A stretch of DNA of 22,969 nt from a virus (taxonomy: Duplodnaviria > Heunggongvirae > Uroviricota > Caudoviricetes), in the IMG/VR virus record IMGVR_UViG_2548876695_000005, positions 1-22,969 of that record. One strand, given 5' to 3'. Under the pieces are notes generated by a model. It worked only from the letters and a program-made list of their open reading frames with translations, was not told the DNA's origin and made no database searches. Shown here in pieces: positions 17,035-22,969 of the stretch. The translations under genes were made by a program, and so were the position numbers. The stretch's first letter is position 1, and every line of letters begins with the position of its first letter.

Positions 17035-19125
17035 ATGTGGGTAACAGCAAAAGAATGTGTTGGTCTTCCTGATTTACCAATGATGGAACATAACATTCGC
17101 CATCGACTCACAAAAGCAGCTGCGGGAAATGCAGCCATGTTACGCAAACGTAAGGGGACAAAAGCAATCGAATTTAATATCGATTGTTTGCCTTCTGGCG
17201 CGCAACAAGTATTGCGTGAACGTTATGCCCTTCAACTGATGACGCAAAAAGCTGATGAATCACCGGCTCCGGTGGTGACAAAGGCCAGACGCTCGCCTGC
17301 CGTGGTTGATGCGGTGGAGGCATATCGCGGATCACCACAACTGATGGTCGAACGCCTTAATGCCCTGACTGAAAACCAGCGCCAGGTGGCTGATGCACGA
17401 ATCGCGATCGTCAGCGAAGTTCTGAAAGTCGCGCAACAACCTGGTTTCAGCTGTGCGAAGGCTATCCGGTTTATCGTTGACAACCTGGCACGTTCGCAGC
17501 TGGACGAGCGCATTGTGGCAATGGTTGAGACGGCGAACGCCAAAAAGGGAAACAGCCGCGCGTTAAGTGAAATCACGCTGAAACGCTGGATTGCGGCCTT
17601 TAACAAGGCGCAGAACGCCGCTGAACGCCTGCTTTTACTGGCACCGGGTAAGCGCCAGGAAATAAAAGCCGAAGATATTAACTGGCTGCCCGAATTTCTG
17701 GCGCAGTATCGCCAGTCAAACGGCCGACCAATGACCGAGGCTTACGAGGATTTTGTCGCTGAATGGCAGCACCGGCACGCTGATGAGCCTTATATGCTCG
17801 ATATCATGCCGTCTTATGACACCATTCGCCGCGCAATGAAGAAACTGCCGGAAGTGGTGAAACAAAAAGGCCGGGTGACCGGCAGTGAATACCGCCAGCT
17901 TGAGGGATTCACGCGCCGCGACTGGTCCAGAATGCCGGTGAATTATGTCTGGATTGGTGACGGTCACGGCATGAAGCTGAAATGCGCACACCCGGTTCAC
18001 GGTCGGCCATTTGCACCGGAAGTGACCTTTGTTATCGACGGTGGCACGCGCTTTGTGGTGGGCTGGAGCCTTGACCTGGCTGAAAATGTTTTCGCCGTAG
18101 CCGGTGCCATACAGCACGGCATTCGCCATCACGGCAAACCGTTTCTGTATTACTCGGATAACGGCTCCGGGGAAACCGCCGACATCCTGGATAAGGAGGT
18201 TGTGGGGATACTGCCGCGACTGGGGATTAATCACCCGACCGGGATTGCCGGTAATCCGCAGGGACGAGGCATTATCGAACGGCTTAACCGCACATTACCG
18301 ATGCGCATAGCCCGTAAATACCGCACCTATTTCGGGAAAGGTGCAGATCGCGAGACGTTACGCAAAACCAACCGCGATTTACGCTCGGCATTTACTGCCC
18401 TGCAACAGGGCAAACGGCTGAACGCCCGGCAGCAGTCAGCGATGCGTGATTTACCGTCCTGGTCTGAACTGATTGATGCCATTCGTGACGGTGTTGAGTG
18501 GTACAACAACCGGCCGCACGATGAATTACCGATGAAGCCGAACGGTAAACATTACAGCCCGGCGGAGTTCAGAAAAAAACGCCTGGCGGAAGAGGACACG
18601 GAAATTGAATGGCTGTCCGATGTTGAGCTGCGGGATATGTTCCGGCCGATGGTGGAACGCCCTGTAAGACGCTGTGAAATACGCTGGCTGAATAATATTT
18701 ACTACGCGCCCGAGCTGCGTGACGAGCATGGTCGTAAGGTGCTTATCAGCTATGACATTCATGATGCCGAACGAATTACCGTGCGTCGCCTGGATGGCAG
18801 CGTGATTTGCGAGGCGGTATGGGACGGCAATAAACGCGAAGCCTTCCCGGTCAGCGCGGAATACTACAAACAGCAGCAGCGCCTTAAAGGTATGCGTAAA
18901 CGCGCAGAGGAAAAAATCCGTGATGCCGAGGATGAGGTTGTCAACGTGCTGGAGCACAAGCCGCAGGAGCCCTGGCTGGAAAACATCTACCGCCCGGTGG
19001 GTAATACGGTGGCCGTTCAGCAACCTGCCGTTGATGATGAACCTGATGAAGAATACGAGCGTAATTTCCAGCGGGGATTGCAGTTGCTGGAAGCGAAATT
19101 AAAAGAAAATGACCCGCTGGCCTGA
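17035..19125 (+). CDS. A: DDE transposase (MuA-like)
   Basis: 696 aa. N-terminus resembles MuA (MELWVSPKECANLPGLP). Candidate DDE residues in WIGDGHG, YYSDNGSGE and GRGIIERLN. Position after ner. Confidence 0.9.
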   Translation: MWVTAKECVGLPDLPMMEHNIRHRLTKAAAGNAAMLRKRKGTKAIEFNIDCLPSGAQQVLRERYALQLMTQKADESPAPVVTKARRSPAVVDAVEAYRGSPQLMVERLNALTENQRQVADARIAIVSEVLKVAQQPGFSCAKAIRFIVDNLARSQLDERIVAMVETANAKKGNSRALSEITLKRWIAAFNKAQNAAERLLLLAPGKRQEIKAEDINWLPEFLAQYRQSNGRPMTEAYEDFVAEWQHRHADEPYMLDIMPSYDTIRRAMKKLPEVVKQKGRVTGSEYRQLEGFTRRDWSRMPVNYVWIGDGHGMKLKCAHPVHGRPFAPEVTFVIDGGTRFVVGWSLDLAENVFAVAGAIQHGIRHHGKPFLYYSDNGSGETADILDKEVVGILPRLGINHPTGIAGNPQGRGIIERLNRTLPMRIARKYRTYFGKGADRETLRKTNRDLRSAFTALQQGKRLNARQQSAMRDLPSWSELIDAIRDGVEWYNNRPHDELPMKPNGKHYSPAEFRKKRLAEEDTEIEWLSDVELRDMFRPMVERPVRRCEIRWLNNIYYAPELRDEHGRKVLISYDIHDAERITVRRLDGSVICEAVWDGNKREAFPVSAEYYKQQQRLKGMRKRAEEKIRDAEDEVVNVLEHKPQEPWLENIYRPVGNTVAVQQPAVDDEPDEEYERNFQRGLQLLEAKLKENDPLA

Positions 19126-19134
19126 AATAAAAAA

Positions 19135-19166
19135 ATAACCCGAGCGGCGACTCAGGTTATTTGATT
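19135..19166 (+). terminator. hairpin plus T-rich tract between transposase A and B (possible attenuator)
   Basis: ATAACCCGAG (19135-19144) pairs with CTCAGGTTAT (19151-19160) with one mismatch and a 6-nt loop, followed by TTGATT. Lies 10 nt after the A stop and ~30 nt before the B start. Confidence 0.3.
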
Positions 19167-19196
19167 AAACAAGGTATCAAATGAGAGGTTAATAAT

Positions 19197-20129
19197 ATGA
19201 CTGATATTAACGATGTAATCAAGACCATTGATGAACTTATTGATGGCGGCGTACTGACGCAGTATGCCATCGCCAGAGAGGCGGGAATTTCCGACGGCAC
19301 ATTATCGGCTTTCCGTAAGGGAAAATATAAAGGCGATAACGCTGCTGTGGCTGCTTCCCTGCGTTCCTGGTATGAGAACTGGAATAAACAAAGCGCACTG
19401 CCGGAACCGCCGCAGTTTGTGGAAACGCAGACAGTCCAGGAGCTGCGCGCACTGTTTCAGGCGGTTCGTCTGATGGGCTGTATTAACGTTATTGTGGGCG
19501 TACCGGGTGTGGGTAAAACGGCCACTGCCCGTAATTACTGCCAGGAGCAACCAAACACCTGGATGATCACCCTGTCACCCGCGCACTCCAGCGTCACGGA
19601 GTGTCTGCTGGAGCTGGCCGATGCGCTGGGGATTGATTACACCCGCGCGAACAAAGGGGCATTATCCCGCGCCATCCGCCGTCGCCTGATGGGAACGCGT
19701 GGACTGGTGATTGTGGATGAGGCGGATCATCTTGGTATTGACGGTCTGGAGCAACTCCGGGCAATTCAGGACGCCACGGGGATCGGGATGGTGCTTATTG
19801 GTAACCCGCGCGGATTGTTTAAAGGTGGACGCCGCACCTTTGATGATTTATCGCGCCTGTTCAGCCGTCTTGCCCGTACAAAACAACTTCGCAAGGCCAA
19901 AAAGGCGGATGTGCTGGCCATTGCCAGGGCGTGGGGGATCAGTGGTGAGGCCGAGCTGGCCGTCATGCAGGCTATCGCTGAAAAGCCGGGAGCGTTACGC
20001 GTTCTGACACATACGCTTAACCAGGCGTGGCTCACCGCCAGCGGTGAAGGCGCGGCGCTGACAGAAAAACATATTAATGCGGCCTTTAAAGAGGTTTATA
20101 CCAACCCTGAATTACTCTCACAGGTGTGA
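19197..20129 (+). CDS. B: transposition ATPase / target-DNA activator (MuB-like)
   Basis: 310 aa. Strong resemblance to Mu B: LPEPPQFVETQTV, Walker A GVPGVGKT, Walker B-like LVIVDEADHLG, KPGALRVL. GAGG 8 nt upstream of the ATG. Confidence 0.9.
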   Translation: MTDINDVIKTIDELIDGGVLTQYAIAREAGISDGTLSAFRKGKYKGDNAAVAASLRSWYENWNKQSALPEPPQFVETQTVQELRALFQAVRLMGCINVIVGVPGVGKTATARNYCQEQPNTWMITLSPAHSSVTECLLELADALGIDYTRANKGALSRAIRRRLMGTRGLVIVDEADHLGIDGLEQLRAIQDATGIGMVLIGNPRGLFKGGRRTFDDLSRLFSRLARTKQLRKAKKADVLAIARAWGISGEAELAVMQAIAEKPGALRVLTHTLNQAWLTASGEGAALTEKHINAAFKEVYTNPELLSQV

Positions 20130-20131
20130 TT

Positions 20132-20353
20132 ATGGCGGTATTTAATATTCCTGATATTTACGGACGCTTTTACCTGGTTAATTTCGATAACGTGAAGGTG
20201 ATTTCACTGGCCGAAAATAAAGAATGTGGCGATTTACTTTTTGAATTTAATGACCGCACACGAATGGTGATATCTGCCGGACTTGATCGAGAAGGTGCGA
20301 CAGACGTTTACAGCGGAATATGCCGTTCTGTTGGTGCGAAACAAGTCAGCTAA
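20132..20353 (+). CDS. hypothetical small early protein (73 aa)
   Basis: ATG at 20132 with AGGTG 5 nt upstream, 2 nt after the B stop (track lists a GTG at 20126). Function unknown. Confidence 0.5.
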   Translation: MAVFNIPDIYGRFYLVNFDNVKVISLAENKECGDLLFEFNDRTRMVISAGLDREGATDVYSGICRSVGAKQVS

Positions 20354-20365
20354 ATGAGGTGTTAT

Positions 20366-20620
20366 ATGAATATGCAATCCTGCGGTAACAAAATGAATTT
20401 ATTCGACTCCCTGAACAGCGCGCGCCGTCTGACCGAACTTGCCGGTGCGGTACTGGAACGCAGTAAGCGCTATCCGCAACGTTTTGCACTGAAAACCACG
20501 CCGCCGGTAGGCAACGTGCAGGGAACCGGTGAAATTGAAATCACCATACAGACCAACGGCCTGCGCCGCCGTGTGAAGGCCACCCGCATCAGCGGCTGCA
20601 CGGTTTACTGGGAGGTGTGA
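20366..20620 (+). CDS. hypothetical small early protein (84 aa)
   Basis: Preferred ATG at 20366 (GAGGTG 4 nt upstream); the ATG at 20354 is an alternative. Tightly packed with neighbours. Confidence 0.5.
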   Translation: MNMQSCGNKMNLFDSLNSARRLTELAGAVLERSKRYPQRFALKTTPPVGNVQGTGEIEITIQTNGLRRRVKATRISGCTVYWEV

Positions 20621-20621
20621 G

Positions 20622-20903
20622 GTGAAAAAAAATCTCATTGCATGGGCGTGGTCGAGTGGTCTTATTGAGTTTGGTTACGTCCTGCCGGAAGGTGCATTGC
20701 CGATAGTTGCCGGAAAGCCTGCCACGGTACGGCATGTGATTGAGGTTATGGCGCGTCATGGACGTGATGAACAGGAGCAGTTGCTGGTTCCGGGGATACC
20801 GGAAGCGGTGACGGAGGAAGAAGCCTTTAATGCCATGATTCGGTTCTGCCGTGAGGTCAGACGCCGGGTCAGTTATCCAAACAGAACGAGGACCAGAGGA
20901 TGA
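20622..20903 (+). CDS. hypothetical small early protein (93 aa, GTG start)
   Basis: GTG at 20622 preceded by GGAGGTG; begins 1 nt after the previous stop and overlaps the next start (ATGA). Confidence 0.5.
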   Translation: MKKNLIAWAWSSGLIEFGYVLPEGALPIVAGKPATVRHVIEVMARHGRDEQEQLLVPGIPEAVTEEEAFNAMIRFCREVRRRVSYPNRTRTRG

Positions 20904-21172
20904 GTAAAGTCGTACGCATTATTTTCGAATACAAGGAGCACGTTATCCATAAAAACGCTGATGGAACAGTGCGCATGGGGGTAAGTCTGGACATACGTTC
21001 AACCGGGATAAAGCAGAAAGGTGATGGACCCGCCATGATTTTTGGGGTGGTTATGCTCGCGGAAAGCAGAGACTTTGCTGAACTTGTGGCAATGAAAGCC
21101 AGTGCGCTCATGAAAGATATGAGCATGCGTTCCGGGGTTATTAAAGGTAATGAATTTAATCAGCAGGGGTAA
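20900..21172 (+). CDS. hypothetical small early protein (90 aa), paralogue of the next gene
   Basis: ATG at 20900 preceded by AGAGGA. N-terminus MSKVVRIIFEYKEHV is similar to the N-terminus of the downstream ORF. Confidence 0.55.
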   Translation: MSKVVRIIFEYKEHVIHKNADGTVRMGVSLDIRSTGIKQKGDGPAMIFGVVMLAESRDFAELVAMKASALMKDMSMRSGVIKGNEFNQQG

Positions 21173-21176
21173 TTCC

Positions 21177-21470
21177 ATGAGCAAAGTACGCGTTATTTTT
21201 GAATTTAAGCATGTTTCGCATGACGAAAAACCGGCAGGCAATGACTGTGTTGAAGTGCATGAAAAGATTGGTGTGGATGTAAAAACAGAACGTGATACGA
21301 ATAACAGGCCGACGTCACTCTGTGACGTTTATGCAAGTATTCTCCAGTATCACAGTCCTGAAATTATTCAGTTTCTCTCAGCGGAATTTCAGGCATCTGT
21401 ACAGGCTTTTGGGGCGGATGCCATCATTAAACGCCACCGCGTGCATAAAGCATCAGGCACACTGCAATAA
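21177..21470 (+). CDS. hypothetical small early protein (97 aa), paralogue of the preceding gene
   Basis: ATG at 21177 with AGGGG 7 nt upstream (track start 21150 is upstream in frame). N-terminus MSKVRVIFEFKHV is similar to the preceding gene at protein and DNA level. Confidence 0.55.
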   Translation: MSKVRVIFEFKHVSHDEKPAGNDCVEVHEKIGVDVKTERDTNNRPTSLCDVYASILQYHSPEIIQFLSAEFQASVQAFGADAIIKRHRVHKASGTLQ

Positions 21471-21481
21471 GGAAAAACAAA

Positions 21482-22012
21482 ATGGCAAAACGCGTTACAA
21501 AATTAAAGGCCGCAGCAGAGGCGGCACCGCAGACCCGTGAAGAGGTCAGCCGCGATATCCGCACCCTGGGCGATATTCAGCGAGAGGCGCTGCGCCTGGA
21601 AACAGCGATGAATGATGAAGTGGCAGAAATCACCGCCCGTTATACGCCGCAGATTGAAAACCTTAAAAAAGAAATCAAAGTGCTTTTTAAGGGGATTCAG
21701 GACTGGTGCAAAACCAACCGTGATGAGCTGACGAACGGCGGCAAAACCAAAACTGCCAATCTGACCACCGGAACGGTGTCATGGCGACTGGGGAATCCAT
21801 CATGCAGCGTCAGTCGTGATGTGGAAGGTGTGATTGAAATGCTGCGCCGTATGGGGCTTGAGCGATTCATCCGCACGAAAGAGGAAGTGAACAAGGAAGC
21901 GGTCCTGGCGGAGCCGGATGCGGTGAAAGGGATTGCCGGTATTAAGGTGAATAAAGGCGCTGAAAGTTTTTATGTCGAGCCTTTTGAACAGGACGCCGGA
22001 CTGAATAAATAA
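21482..22012 (+). CDS. gam: host-nuclease inhibitor Gam (Mu Gam-like DNA end-binding protein)
   Basis: 176 aa. Strong resemblance to Mu Gam along its length (MAK...RLETEMNDAIAEIT; ANRDELTNGGK.KTANL; RFIRTK.EINKEA; PFEQEAG). AAGGA 8 nt upstream. Confidence 0.85.
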   Translation: MAKRVTKLKAAAEAAPQTREEVSRDIRTLGDIQREALRLETAMNDEVAEITARYTPQIENLKKEIKVLFKGIQDWCKTNRDELTNGGKTKTANLTTGTVSWRLGNPSCSVSRDVEGVIEMLRRMGLERFIRTKEEVNKEAVLAEPDAVKGIAGIKVNKGAESFYVEPFEQDAGLNK

Positions 22013-22109
22013 CACCGCATTAATCAATTAAATATCACTTCGTTTTAATTATGGCGCTCGCGTCAGGGGACTGCCTGCGCCTGTAAACTGAAAATAAGGA
22101 ACAGGATAT

Positions 22110-22652
22110 ATGGCATATTTTTATTTCAAATTAGACCGTGTGCAGACAAATAAATATTTCACCAAATATCAACAGACTGTTTTACCGCTACGCAACAGTA
22201 TTCTTCGGGCATTACTGAAAAATACAGGCGCTGCCGGATTGCGCTTAAAGCCGTTTGCCATGGACGTAATCAGTGAGTTTTATTTTTCTGGTGCTCTGCC
22301 TGCGGGCTGGCGTAAGCGCGATGATGTGGCTTTTATCGGGGACGGACCGTGCTTTATTGCCAGACCTGATGAGTCATGCCCTGAAGGACCGGCGATTGCC
22401 GCAATGATTGAAGCCGCTGAACGCGAGTTAAGAAAGCGTCCTGATTTCCTTGTCTGGCTCTGTGAAAAGCTGGGGGTAATGAGAATCCCCTCCATGTTTA
22501 ACATGGACTCCTGGTGGACCCCGTCGCTCTCCCGTGATGCCCTGTGCGTGGTGTTTAAAGTAGGCGCTTATGGCAGGGAAATAAAAGGGGGTATTCCTGA
22601 AGAATGCCAGGAGATTAAACATTCTGAATATGTGGCGCTGACGGAGGAATAA
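22110..22652 (+). CDS. hypothetical early protein (180 aa)
   Basis: ATG at 22110 with AGGA upstream. Function not recognised. Confidence 0.5.
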   Translation: MAYFYFKLDRVQTNKYFTKYQQTVLPLRNSILRALLKNTGAAGLRLKPFAMDVISEFYFSGALPAGWRKRDDVAFIGDGPCFIARPDESCPEGPAIAAMIEAAERELRKRPDFLVWLCEKLGVMRIPSMFNMDSWWTPSLSRDALCVVFKVGAYGREIKGGIPEECQEIKHSEYVALTEE

Positions 22653-22655
22653 TTC

Positions 22656-22901
22656 ATGATTGATGCAAAAGTGCTTGAAGGGGTTAAAAACTGGCTGAGT
22701 ATTTACGGGCGTCTGACCTGCGGCATTCTGGCTGAAAAAATGAATATGCCGCCATCCTCGATGGTTTATTTTCTGCGTGATGCGGTCGATGCCGGGGTGC
22801 TGACGGAATGTAACGGTTTTTATGATATTCCGCGTCCCCGCCCGGTGCAGCCGGTTCGTCGCAAATGCAGCCAGGAAGGTGCGGCTGATGATGTTCAGTG
22901 A
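22656..22901 (+). CDS. hypothetical early protein (81 aa)
   Basis: ATG at 22656 with GGAGG 8 nt upstream, 3 nt after the previous stop. Function not recognised. Confidence 0.5.
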   Translation: MIDAKVLEGVKNWLSIYGRLTCGILAEKMNMPPSSMVYFLRDAVDAGVLTECNGFYDIPRPRPVQPVRRKCSQEGAADDVQ

Positions 22902-22952
22902 ACCGCCCCGGGAATCCTGGAGACTAAACTCCCTGAGAAAGAGGTAAACAGG

Positions 22953-22969
22953 ATGACTAAAAATACACG
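22953..22969 (+). CDS. partial CDS (5' end only), hypothetical
   Basis: ATG at 22953 with GAGG 8 nt upstream; the ORF runs off the window end. Confidence 0.3.

Larger units (their letters stand above)
15609..22969. mobile_element. Mu-like transposable prophage, left end and early region (continues beyond window)
   Basis: Canonical Mu left-arm order: end repeats, minus-strand repressor, ner, transposase A, ATPase B, small early genes, gam. MuA-like N-terminus (MWVTAKECVGLPDLP), MuB-like blocks (LPEPPQFVETQTV, GVPGVGKT, LVIVDEADHLG) and Mu Gam-like blocks (ANRDELTNGGKTKTANL). Terminus placed at a 5'-TG at 15609; exact end not certain. Confidence 0.8.

Noticed and set aside
17716-19023. Minus-strand ORFs 17716..18234 and 18526..19023 inside the transposase gene
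   Set aside because: Antisense to the MuA-like gene, whose frame carries the DDE-region motifs. Shadow ORFs.
1-22969. CRISPR arrays, tRNA or rRNA genes
   Set aside because: No regularly spaced direct repeats with unique spacers and no cloverleaf-like conserved tRNA features were noticed by eye. The region is densely protein-coding phage DNA.

Overview
The window holds two phage-derived elements joined end to end, read from sequence and the ORF track only (no database search). (1) Positions ~1-15608 are part of a P2-like prophage: an early/replication module (two small early genes, a Dam-type N6-adenine methyltransferase, and the gpA rolling-circle initiator with HUH and Y-x3-Y motifs), then a ~3.2 kb strongly AT-rich island between gpA and the portal gene, then the capsid/packaging module (Ogr/Delta-like zinc finger, portal Q, terminase P, scaffold O, major capsid N, small terminase M, head completion L, and a tentative gpR-like gene). 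(2) From ~15609 to the window end is the left arm of a Mu-like transposable prophage: three direct repeats at the end, an HTH repressor on the minus strand, ner, a DDE transposase (MuA-like), the MuB-like ATPase, several small unknown early genes, and gam. The most interesting candidate for an undescribed system is the AT-rich island at ~5030-8230. It carries a single 930-aa protein with an N-terminal multi-pass membrane anchor and a ~770-aa domain with no motif I can recognise, sitting where P2-like phages typically carry anti-phage cargo (tin/old position). No rRNA, tRNA or CRISPR array was seen.
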